DNA from: Candidatus Magasanikbacteria bacterium GW2011_GWA2_56_11
GTDB lineage: Bacteria; Patescibacteriota; Patescibacteriia; Magasanikbacterales; UBA922
Length of the DNA stretch: 64,000 nucleotides
Direction of reading: 5' to 3'
Assembly (NCBI GenBank): GCA_001004885.1
Contig: LCRX01000011.1
Coordinates: 2,000-65,999, forward strand
Part shown: piece by piece, positions 52,228 through 60,441 of the stretch
Layout: every line of letters begins with the position of its first letter
How positions within the stretch are numbered: the stretch's first letter is position 1
Notes under the pieces: model-generated
Databases searched by the model: none
What the model was told of the DNA's origin: nothing
The model's input: only the letters and a program-made list of their open reading frames with translations
Translations under genes and position numbers: made by a program

Positions 52228-52472
52228 TTGGGGAGGCGGATGTTCCACCTCCGTTTTGGCCCGAATTTCCGGGCCTTGGGGCCGCCGCCGTCGGCATCTG
52301 TCTGCGTATCCCCATTGAACACAGACAGACGTCCCCCGCGCCCTTCACGGCGGGTTGATTCCCCATTTTTCCGACGGCGGCGGCCCGAGCCTCGGCGCTC
52401 AGCGGCACTGGGTCGTAGTGCCGGAGCACACGAAGTCAACAGTATACTGCTCAGCAAGCGTGCGGTCAATAG

Positions 52473-52498
52473 AAAAACAGCCCTGCGGGGCTGTTTTT
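52473..52498. terminator. bidirectional hairpin aaaaacagccc-tgcg-gggctgttttt
   Basis: 11-bp stem with A/T-rich flanks, inside the gene-free region. Confidence 0.4.
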
Positions 52499-52809
52499 GT
52501 GGATGTGGGGGCGGTACCGATATGGGGGTACCGCGTCTCCTTGTGTTCCAGGCGTTGCCGCCGGCGTCGAGCCACCCCGAGGGGTGAAGTCAGCAGTCGA
52601 GCGGTGAGCGCTCGCGGCGGGACTGCTGAAAACAGTAGTTGCTGTGGCTCAAGACGCCGGCGGCGGCCTATGACCTCGGACAAAAAGGGGGGAGGGTAAC
52701 TTTTCTTTTTGGCCTTATTGGAACATCCGTAGTATAGCTCATCCGCCAGAGTTTGTAAAGCGCCCCGGCAGTTGAGTTTTCCGTCGCAGTTTAGTACAAT
52801 AACGGCACT

Positions 52810-53106
52810 ATGAAACTTACCCCAGAGGAAATCGAGTCGGTGGCGGTTCTGGCCCGGCTGTCTTTGACTGAGACGGAAAAAACTATGTATGCCGAGCAGC
52901 TGTCGGCGGTTTTGGAGTATGTGGAGCGTCTGGGCGAAGTTGATACCGACCAGGTGCCGGAGACCTGCCAGGTAACTGGGTTAGAAGACGTTACCCGCGA
53001 AGATAAGGTTCGCGACTGTGAGCCAGGCATCCGGCAGAAATTGATCGCCGCCTTTCCGGAAAATGACGACAATTACCTTAGGGTGAAGGCGGTTTTTGAA
53101 GGTTAG
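52810..53106 (+). CDS. gatC: Asp/Glu-tRNA amidotransferase subunit C
   Basis: 98 aa; LTPEEIESVAVLARLSLTE… GatC signature. Confidence 0.85.
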   Translation: MKLTPEEIESVAVLARLSLTETEKTMYAEQLSAVLEYVERLGEVDTDQVPETCQVTGLEDVTREDKVRDCEPGIRQKLIAAFPENDDNYLRVKAVFEG

Positions 53107-53128
53107 AAACTGCACGTATGTTTTCCCC

Positions 53129-53237
53129 GAGCGAGCGGCGGCTGGCAAATATGTTTTTAGCGGCTGCGGAGGAATACCCGTTGCGCTCTCGCACTCGTCC
53201 TCGCCGCTAAAAACAGATTACCCGGCACCGCTCGCTC
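53129..53237. repeat. giant hairpin repeat family 2, copy 2 (stem degenerate in middle; loop 36/38 identical to copy 1)
   Basis: gagcgagcggcggctggcaaatatgtttttagcggc-[loop]-gccgctaaaaacagattacccggcaccgctcgctc, in the gatC-gatA spacer. Confidence 0.7.
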
Positions 53238-53258
53238 GGAAAATTAGTCATAGCAGCT

Positions 53259-54689
53259 ATGAATCTTAACGAACTTACCATTGTCCAAGCCCGCTCCGGA
53301 CTGGACAAAAAAGAGTTCTCGGCGGTGGAATTAGCCGCGGCGTGTTTAGCGCGCATTGACGAGCGCAACCCGGCTCTGAATGCCTTTATTACCGTTTCCC
53401 ATGAAACGGCGCTCGAAGAAGCCAAAAAAGCCGATGAACAGATAGCCCGCGGACAAGCTGGCGCGCTGACAGGCATACCGTTCGCGGTCAAGGACGCTAT
53501 TTGTACCCAAGATACGCGCTCCACCGGAGCGGCCACGATTCTTTCGCAGTACGTGCCGCCGTTTGATGCTACAGTGATTGCGAAACTGCGCGCCGAGGGG
53601 GCGGTCTTGCTCGGCAAAAATAATTGCGACGCGTTCGGCCACGGCGCGAGCAACGAAAACTCGATGTACGGGCCGGTGAAAAATCCTCACGACGAAACCC
53701 GGGTCGCGGGCGGATCGAGCGGCGGCTCGGCCGCTGCCGTGGCCGACCAGATGTGCGTGTTTGCTATCGGCGAAGACACGGGCGGTTCTATCCGCCAGCC
53801 GGCCAGTTTTTGCGGCCTCGTCGGCCTGCGTCCCACTTATGGCCGCAATTCGCGTTACGGCATTATGCCGATGGCGAGTTCCCTCGACACTGTCGGCCCG
53901 CTGGCCAAAACGGTCGCGGACGCGGCTATCCTGATGGAGATTATGGCCGGCCGCGACGAGCGTGACGCCACGACCGTGCCCGACGCGGTGCCACCTTACG
54001 GCGAAGAGATAAAAAAATCGGTCAAGGGGCTGCGCGTGGGCATCCCCAGGGAATACTTCGAAATGGAGGGCATAGAGGAAGAGACCAAACGCATCGTACT
54101 GCAGAAAATCGAGTCGCTCAAAGAGCTGGGTTGCACGCTCCGCGAGGTGAGCCTGCCCCACACCAAGTATGCGATCGCGGTTTATTATATTATCGTGCCG
54201 AGCGAAGACAGCTCGAACCTGGCGCGGCTAGACGGCATACGCTACGGCACGCGCACTCCGGCCGGTTCGCTCTACGACACCTATGCCCGGTCGCGCGCCG
54301 AAGGCTTCCCCGAAGAAGTCAAACGCCGTCTGATGATCGGAACCTACGCCCTGTCGGCCGGCTATTACGACGCCTACTACCGCCAGGCGCAAAAAGTGCG
54401 CACGCTCATCGCCCGGGAATTTGACGCTGTCTTTGCCCAGGTTGACGTCCTGGCCACGCCGACGTCGCCGTTTCCGGCTTTTAAGCTGGGCGCCAAAAAA
54501 GACGACGTGCTGGCGATGTATTTGGCCGACATTTTCGCCGTTCCGGCCTCTGTCGCCGGTATTCCGGGCCTGTCGGTTCCGGCCGGCAAAACGGCCGCTG
54601 GTCTGCCGGTCGGATTGCAGCTTATCGGGCCGCGGCTGGGTGAAAGCGCGGTTTTGCGGGCGGGACATCACCTGGAGACCACCATCTAA
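53259..54689 (+). CDS. gatA: Glu-tRNA(Gln) amidotransferase subunit A
   Basis: Amidase signature GGSSGGSAAAVA, catalytic Ser-cisSer-Lys pattern. Confidence 0.9.
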   Translation: MNLNELTIVQARSGLDKKEFSAVELAAACLARIDERNPALNAFITVSHETALEEAKKADEQIARGQAGALTGIPFAVKDAICTQDTRSTGAATILSQYVPPFDATVIAKLRAEGAVLLGKNNCDAFGHGASNENSMYGPVKNPHDETRVAGGSSGGSAAAVADQMCVFAIGEDTGGSIRQPASFCGLVGLRPTYGRNSRYGIMPMASSLDTVGPLAKTVADAAILMEIMAGRDERDATTVPDAVPPYGEEIKKSVKGLRVGIPREYFEMEGIEEETKRIVLQKIESLKELGCTLREVSLPHTKYAIAVYYIIVPSEDSSNLARLDGIRYGTRTPAGSLYDTYARSRAEGFPEEVKRRLMIGTYALSAGYYDAYYRQAQKVRTLIAREFDAVFAQVDVLATPTSPFPAFKLGAKKDDVLAMYLADIFAVPASVAGIPGLSVPAGKTAAGLPVGLQLIGPRLGESAVLRAGHHLETTI

Positions 54690-54712
54690 CAGTCAATTTA
54701 CTTAAACCAGCT

Positions 54713-56122
54713 ATGAAAAAAGACACTATCCGCAAAATGCAGGAGCAGGCCAGCCATGTTTTTGGCTACGCCCTGCGCGAGGGCGATTACCGCGAGCCGT
54801 GGCAGATATTCCGGATCATGGCTGAGTTTGTCGAAGGCTATCAGTTTCTGTCGCAATTAAAAAACGAAGTTACGATTCTCGGCTCGGCGCGGATTCCCGA
54901 CGGGCACGAATTTTGCCGGGCGGCGCGCGAGCTCGCGCGGCTTTTGGGCCAGGCCGGTTTTACTGTCATTACCGGCGGCGGCCCGGGCATTATGGAGGCG
55001 GCTAATCGGGGAGCCAAGGAGGGCGGGGGAGAGTCTATCGGGCTCAACATCCAGCTGCCGTTCGAGCAGGTGATCAATCCGTACGTTACCAAATCCACTT
55101 CGTTTCACTATTTTTTTACCCGCAAGGTAATGCTCACCTCGCCGGCAAACGCGTTCGTGTATTTTCCGGGCGGCTTTGGCACGATGGACGAATTTTTCGA
55201 GGTGGCCGACCTGATGGAGCTGGGGCTTATGAGCCGCACGCCGATGGTACTGGTCGGGCGCAAGTTCTGGACGCCGCTGATGGAGTTTTTGCGCGCCAAA
55301 GCCTGTCCTTTCGGCTCGGTGCCCGAGGCGGACGTGGCGTCGTGGAAGATCGAGGACGATCCGGCGCAGGCGTTCGCGCACTTGAAAGAGGTCAAAGACG
55401 TCGTCCGGCCTTGCGAACTGGATTCGAATAACTTTCAGTGCCAGGGCAACATAGACTGGCGCATTTTCCGTATCATGGCCGAGCTGGTGGAAGGCTTCGA
55501 GTTTGTTACGAACCTGCAACACCGGGCAGTAACCGTTTTGGGAACCAAAGGGGTTAACCCCGGCACTTCGTATTATGACTCGGCGTACAATCTCGGTTCG
55601 ATTCTCGCCGGAGAGGGTTACGCGGTTATTACCGGCGGCCAGAAAGGCATTGCCGAGGCGGTAAACCAGGGGGCTTTCGAAAACGGCGGGGAGTCTATCG
55701 GCATTACCATGCGGATGAAAGGGGCGGTCAAGAGCAATCCGTACCTGACCAAGACCATCGGCTTCGATTTTCCGTTCACCCGCAAGCTGGCCGTGACCAC
55801 GCCGACCAAGGCTTTCGTGTTCTATCCGGGCGGCTTTGGCACGCTGCACCAGCTGTTTGAAGTGCTGACCTTGATCCAGACCAAAAAAATGCGTAAAGTG
55901 CCGGTGATTCTGATGGATCACGATTTCTGGCAGCCGCTGCACGAATTTATCAAAGAGGCGATGGTAACGGAGCTCGAGACCATTGCCGACGAGGATGACG
56001 AACTGTACCAGATAGTGGACAGCGAAGAGAGCGTGCTGCGCGTGATCGCGGATTTTGAATCGCGCCAGGCGCCGGTCTTGCTCGACCTGCCGGGCAGCGG
56101 ACTCTCGCCGGTGAAAGCGTAA
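54713..56122 (+). CDS. tandem-duplicated LOG/TIGR00730-family (Rossmann lysine-decarboxylase-like) protein
   Basis: Two complete repeats, each with GGGxGxMEA and PGGFGT(M/L) motifs (residues ~60-230 and ~270-450). Confidence 0.75.
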   Translation: MKKDTIRKMQEQASHVFGYALREGDYREPWQIFRIMAEFVEGYQFLSQLKNEVTILGSARIPDGHEFCRAARELARLLGQAGFTVITGGGPGIMEAANRGAKEGGGESIGLNIQLPFEQVINPYVTKSTSFHYFFTRKVMLTSPANAFVYFPGGFGTMDEFFEVADLMELGLMSRTPMVLVGRKFWTPLMEFLRAKACPFGSVPEADVASWKIEDDPAQAFAHLKEVKDVVRPCELDSNNFQCQGNIDWRIFRIMAELVEGFEFVTNLQHRAVTVLGTKGVNPGTSYYDSAYNLGSILAGEGYAVITGGQKGIAEAVNQGAFENGGESIGITMRMKGAVKSNPYLTKTIGFDFPFTRKLAVTTPTKAFVFYPGGFGTLHQLFEVLTLIQTKKMRKVPVILMDHDFWQPLHEFIKEAMVTELETIADEDDELYQIVDSEESVLRVIADFESRQAPVLLDLPGSGLSPVKA

Positions 56123-56129
56123 ACGATCT

Positions 56130-56894
56130 ATGTTTCCGTGGTTTCAATACACTGTCATTTATCTCGGCCCCATTCCGATCCGCGTCTGGGGCCTTTTCGT
56201 CGCGGCCGGGATGCTAGTCGCGCTGACTATTATTTATCGTCGGGGACGCCGGCTGGGAATGAACGGCGAACATTTACTCGATCACGCGCTCTGGATGATA
56301 GTATTAGGAATTATTTTCGCCCGGTTGTTCCATGTATTTTTCTACGAACCGGCCTACTTCCTGGCGCAGCCGGCAGAGATGGTGAAAATTTGGCACGGCG
56401 GCCTGTCGTCGTACGGCGGTTTTTTGGGGGCGGTGCTGGGTTTCCTCTGGTATGCCAAACGCCGCGGCGTGGGCAAAACTTCGTGGATCAAAATCGCGGA
56501 CCTCATGAGTTTTGCCGCGCTTTTTGGCTGGATCGTCGGGCGGCTGGGCTGCGTGATGATCCACGACCACCTGGGCCGGCCGTGCAACTGCTGGCTGGCT
56601 ATCCAGACGCCCGACGGGCCGCGGCTGGAGATGTCTATACTCGAGATACTGGGCCTGCTGCCGCTGGCGGCCGTGTTCGTGATCGCGCGCCAACAAAAGA
56701 AACCCGACGGCTGGTTTTTGGGCGTGATGCTGGTTTACTACGGCCTTCTGCGCTTTACGCTCGATTTTTACCGCGCCGTAGACTTGCCGAACTCCGATGC
56801 CCGTTACCTAGGGTTGACTCCGGCGCAGTATTTTAGTATTATTATGGCGGGTTTTGGGATCTCGCTGCTCCTCAAAATCAGGCAGAAAACCTAG
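56130..56894 (+). CDS. lgt: prolipoprotein diacylglyceryl transferase
   Basis: 7-TM Lgt topology with conserved Y/H/R and …GRLGC… signature region. Confidence 0.85.
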   Translation: MFPWFQYTVIYLGPIPIRVWGLFVAAGMLVALTIIYRRGRRLGMNGEHLLDHALWMIVLGIIFARLFHVFFYEPAYFLAQPAEMVKIWHGGLSSYGGFLGAVLGFLWYAKRRGVGKTSWIKIADLMSFAALFGWIVGRLGCVMIHDHLGRPCNCWLAIQTPDGPRLEMSILEILGLLPLAAVFVIARQQKKPDGWFLGVMLVYYGLLRFTLDFYRAVDLPNSDARYLGLTPAQYFSIIMAGFGISLLLKIRQKT

Positions 56895-56897
56895 CTT

Positions 56898-57368
56898 ATG
56901 GAGTTTAAAATTTACGCCAGCGCCGTTATTGAGCAGAACGGCCGAATATTGTTGGTGCAGGAGGGGAAGGCAGATAACTTTGAGAAGTGGAACCTGCCCT
57001 GCGGCCACCTGGAATTGGCCGAAATGCCGCTAGACGGCGCCAAGCGTGAGACATTTGAGGAAACGGCGCTCACGATTGAGGTTACCGGATTTCTCGGAGT
57101 CTATAGCTCTGTCGGCGCGAATCATTCGATCCGGTTCGTCTATTGTTCAAACGAATTCGCCGGCGAGGCAAAGCCGGGCGACGAGATATTGGCCGTAAAG
57201 TGGTTTGAGCCGGTCGAACTCCGGAACTTGGATGAACAGCGGTTCGTCAGCCCGCTTGTACTTGAGGCCGCCGTCGCTGATTACGTTAACGGTCGCCAGT
57301 TTCCGGCCACGGTTGTGCGCAAGATAACAATGGACAACAAAATTAAGTACCATGGAGAGGTCGCATAG
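56898..57368 (+). CDS. NUDIX hydrolase
   Basis: Nudix box G(x5)E(x7)REVFEETAL-like (…GGHLELAEMPLDGAKRETFEETAL…). Confidence 0.8.
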   Translation: MEFKIYASAVIEQNGRILLVQEGKADNFEKWNLPCGHLELAEMPLDGAKRETFEETALTIEVTGFLGVYSSVGANHSIRFVYCSNEFAGEAKPGDEILAVKWFEPVELRNLDEQRFVSPLVLEAAVADYVNGRQFPATVVRKITMDNKIKYHGEVA

Positions 57369-57442
57369 TTGGCCTAGTGCGCACGCTTGGAAAGCGTGTA
57401 TACCGAAAGGTATCGAGGGTTCGAATCCCTCCCTCTCCGCCC
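57354..57442 (+). tRNA. tRNA-Ser (anticodon GGA), long variable arm
   Basis: Acceptor GGAGAGG/CCTCTCC, 3-bp D-stem, anticodon loop TTGGAAA, variable hairpin TATACCGAAAGGTATC, T-arm GAGGG-TTCGAAT-CCCTC. The 3' terminus reads GCCCA. Confidence 0.85.
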
Positions 57443-57461
57443 ATTTCGGTCGCGAACGAAA

Positions 57462-58490
57462 CTAGGAATCTTGGCTCTGCTTAGCCAAGGCTGAGGGCGC
57501 CGTGCACCTGTCGTCCGGCTCGGGTAGCCCGGGTGTTGCCCACCCGTTGCCCAAGAATGGTACATCCGGTGCCACAAGCACACGGACCGCTTCGTACAGC
57601 GAAGACGGCGCGAGGTGAGCATAGCGTTCGGTGACTTGGACCGTGCTGTGTCCTAGGAGAATCTGCACGGAGCGAATCGGTACTCCGCGCGAGACGAGCT
57701 GCGACGCGAATGTGTGCCTCAGTACGTGCCAGCCTATCGGGCGGACACCTGCCCGGGCACACGCCCGGTACAGGAGTTTCGATGTGGTCGCCTCAGGAAT
57801 CGGCGTTCCGTCCCGACGAGGGAAGACGAGTCCGGATGTGCCCCGCCGGCTATCGAGAGCGCTCGCGAGGTCCGGGGCCATCGGGATGTGGCGAATGCGG
57901 TTGTTCTTCGGCGTTCCAAGAATCCCGCGCACGATGGACCGCTGCACTGTTATCAGGTGCGTCGTGAAAGTAATGTCGCGCCATTCGAGCGCGGTCAGCT
58001 CGCCTCGGCGCATTCCCGTGCGCAGTGCGCAGAGGATCATCGCGTGGGTCTGCGCATCTGGTGCTGCCGCGAGCAGCCGAGTGCAGTCCTCCGGGCTTAG
58101 ATAGTTGTCTTTGGGAGGAGCGGTCTTGAGCCAGTGCATGCGAGGGCTCCGCTCGAGTTCCTCCCACTCCTCTGCAGCGGATAGGGCGGCATGGAGTACC
58201 GTTAGATGGTTGTTGATCGTCTTCGCGCACAGGCCGTCAGCCAGGCGGTCTGCCTTGTAGCGCTCGATCCGCGCGAGAGTGATCTCGGCCAAGACTAGCG
58301 ACCCGAAAGCAGGAACGAGGTACCGGGCGAGGATGCCCTCCTTGGCGCGCACCGTTGACGGGCGGTTGTTCGTGCGAGCGTAGATGGTCATCCAGCGTGC
58401 CGAAAAGGGCCCGAACTGGATCAGGTCTTGTGCGCGCCGTTCAAGTGGCTCTCCGCGCGCCAGGCGTCCTCGTCTTGGGGGGCGAGCCAT
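57462..58490 (-). CDS. int: tyrosine-type site-specific recombinase/integrase
   Basis: R…HxxR…Y catalytic pattern (WHVLRHTFAS, LLGHSTVQVTERYAHL); adjacent to tRNA-Ser. Confidence 0.85.
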   Translation of the reverse strand: MARPPRRGRLARGEPLERRAQDLIQFGPFSARWMTIYARTNNRPSTVRAKEGILARYLVPAFGSLVLAEITLARIERYKADRLADGLCAKTINNHLTVLHAALSAAEEWEELERSPRMHWLKTAPPKDNYLSPEDCTRLLAAAPDAQTHAMILCALRTGMRRGELTALEWRDITFTTHLITVQRSIVRGILGTPKNNRIRHIPMAPDLASALDSRRGTSGLVFPRRDGTPIPEATTSKLLYRACARAGVRPIGWHVLRHTFASQLVSRGVPIRSVQILLGHSTVQVTERYAHLAPSSLYEAVRVLVAPDVPFLGNGWATPGLPEPDDRCTAPSALAKQSQDS

Positions 58491-58851
58491 CGGTTGCGGG
58501 AGCTCCCGTCGACGACGGCGGCGCGCAGTCGCCCGCGGCGCCCGGGCCCTCGTCGCCCGACAGTGCCGACGCCTCCGGCTCGGGCTCGTCGTCGAAGAGC
58601 CCTCGCAGCTTCTCGGAGCTCGAGCCGAACAGCATCTTCCTCAGCCGCCGGATCGAGGCCCCCTTGGTCTCCAACTCCCGGGTCAACGTGGTCAGGGTCC
58701 CTACAGCGCCTGCAAGCGTCTGATGGTCCTCGTCGCTCAGCACTGGGCGGACACGCTCGACGATGGCATCCAGATCCTCGGCGGAGACCTCCTTGCGCAC
58801 GGCCGGCCGCGGCGGCGGGCGCTTCTGGTCCGGCTTCTTCGTTCGCTTCAT
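58444..58851 (-). pseudogene. IS66-family transposase (TnpC) N-terminal fragment
   Basis: Tail of ORF 58441-59730 reads MKRTKKPDQ…LRKMLFGSSSEKL…, the leucine-zipper / FGxxSEK motif of IS66 TnpC N-termini. No zinc-finger or DDE region follows. It runs into the integrase gene. Confidence 0.45.
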
Positions 58852-59726
58852 CCCACCCCCGACAGCCGCTCCCGGAAGTCTCCGGTCAGCGGGTAGCCCA
58901 TCACCTCTTTGAGCGGACGGTTCGCTTGATGCGTCTGGTCGTCCTTGCCGCGGCCCGTGGTCAGGCCGAGGCGGACCCAGTTCGCCGCTCGATAGCACGT
59001 GCCCTTGAAGCGGCCCGGATCCACGAAGGTCTCCAGCCAGTAGACGGGATGTCCATACAGCCGCTCCCACTCCCGGGGCACCCGCTGGGCCATCTGACCG
59101 AGCAGGTGCGAGGCCAGGTGCTTGACCTCGACCCACGGAAGGATCAGGAATCGGCTGTTGTAGGCCAACAAGCGGATGTTGGCGCGGCGTGCCGCCCCGG
59201 ACCACCCGATGTACTGGTCGCGCGGACCCAGGTGACGCGGCGCCGAGCTCCACGTCAGGCACGCCAGGGGCCGGCCTCCGGCGCTCACCAGGAACTTCAG
59301 GTGCTCCCCGACGGGTTGCACGTAGCCCAGGTAGTGGTGGCCCTCCAGCAGGCCGTCGAACATGGGCTCGCTCTCGCTGCGCCGCACCTGCTCGAAGCTC
59401 AGCTCGCCCAGCTCCGAGAGCCGGCAGCGGACAGGCGTCTGGTCGACCGTCACCGGCCGACGACGCACGCGCCGGGCCAAGGGATTGGGTGGCACCTGCC
59501 GCACCGCCGGAAGCTCGATGTGGCCGCCACGGTGCAGCTCCAGCATCAGCCCGCGGCAGACCATGTCGCGAAGGCAGCCGTTGGTCTGCCTCCAGTCCCA
59601 GGCTTCGCAGAGCTTCGTCGACAGCACGCGCCGACTGGCGGAGGGGTGGGCCGCGATCAGCTCCTGGATGAAGCCGACCTCCTGCCGTGTGACCGTCCGC
59701 CCTCGATACTCGATGACCGCATCCAT
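58848..59726 (-). CDS. DUF4338-like protein (tentative; same Pfam family as Druantia DruA)
   Basis: ~293 aa from MDAVIEY; motif …VYWLETFVDPGRFKGTCYRAANW… recalled as DUF4338-like. Its TGA overlaps the ATG of the TnpC fragment (ATGA). Confidence 0.4.
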   Translation of the reverse strand: MDAVIEYRGRTVTRQEVGFIQELIAAHPSASRRVLSTKLCEAWDWRQTNGCLRDMVCRGLMLELHRGGHIELPAVRQVPPNPLARRVRRRPVTVDQTPVRCRLSELGELSFEQVRRSESEPMFDGLLEGHHYLGYVQPVGEHLKFLVSAGGRPLACLTWSSAPRHLGPRDQYIGWSGAARRANIRLLAYNSRFLILPWVEVKHLASHLLGQMAQRVPREWERLYGHPVYWLETFVDPGRFKGTCYRAANWVRLGLTTGRGKDDQTHQANRPLKEVMGYPLTGDFRERLSGVG

Positions 59727-60007
59727 GCACCGCGAGTACCGTTGGTGCGACTGGAACGCAAGAAGAAAAGCGACGTCATGTTCACGCGGCCGGAGCCACC
59801 CGTCGCCACACCGCCGCCGCATTCGTTTGGCTCGGATCGCCGCCACACAGCAGCACCTGGAGCTCGTGCGCCTGCAGCGCGGTGACCGGCTCCGGCCCGC
59901 AGCACCGAGCGGCAGACCTGGGCCATCCCGTCGATGCCGCGCCGAAAGTCCACCGGCTGGATGGCCACCAGCACCCGCATCTGCGGCGTGATCTGGATCA
60001 CCGGCCG
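59727..60007 (-). pseudogene. IS66 Orf2 (TnpB)-like fragment, degenerate
   Basis: …PVIQITPQMRVLVAIQPVDFRRGIDGMAQVCRSVL… matches the IS66 TnpB N-terminal consensus. Downstream sequence is out of frame or degenerate. Confidence 0.4.
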
Positions 60008-60441
60008 CGGCTCCAGAACGCCCGCGCTAGCCCGACCACGTCCACCGCGGTCCCCGCGCCCAGTCGCACCATCATATGCGCCCCGTCGCCGCTCGACAGC
60101 TCGACGACGATCCCGGCGTCGCTCCGCGGGGTCCACGGCGAAGTCCCGACCTCGCCGAGGAGCTGCGCCCCCTCCAACTCCACGAACGTGCCAGGCAGGG
60201 CCACGCCCGTGCTCTTCGAACCCTGGCCCTCGCCGAGCCGACTCTTGAGGGAGCCGTAGCCCACATCCACGAACTGCGAGACCCGGTACACACCGAGCCT
60301 GCGCGCAAGCGCGACCGCCTCCTCCCAGAGCGGCTCCGGCATCCGCACGCCCCTCCGCCGATGCCGCCGCCAGTCGGCGACTGCACGACGAGCTGCCTCG
60401 AGCCGCTGCTCGAGCACGCCGGCGTCCTTCGTCCCTCGCAT
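59998..60441 (-). CDS. IS66 Orf1 (TnpA)-like HTH protein (tentative)
   Basis: 147 aa; helix-turn-helix-like …PEPLWEEAVALARRLGVYRVSQFVDVGYGSL…; sits immediately 5' of the TnpB-like fragment, as in IS66 elements. Confidence 0.3.
   Translation of the reverse strand: MRGTKDAGVLEQRLEAARRAVADWRRHRRRGVRMPEPLWEEAVALARRLGVYRVSQFVDVGYGSLKSRLGEGQGSKSTGVALPGTFVELEGAQLLGEVGTSPWTPRSDAGIVVELSSGDGAHMMVRLGAGTAVDVVGLARAFWSRGR

Noticed and set aside
52083-52699. Six overlapping 83-128-aa ORFs in the ligA-gatC spacer
   Set aside because: All are Arg/Gly/Pro-rich with no motifs and mutually overlapping. Region is interpreted as structured non-coding RNA or DNA.
54857-55942. 361-aa minus-strand ORF
   Set aside because: Antisense to the tandem-LOG gene; no motifs.
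58428-59885. 485-aa plus-strand ORF across the island (also 59189-59671 and 59362-59991 on plus)
   Set aside because: Antisense or off-frame shadows in 70% GC DNA. The minus strand carries recognisable IS66 and DUF4338-like motifs.
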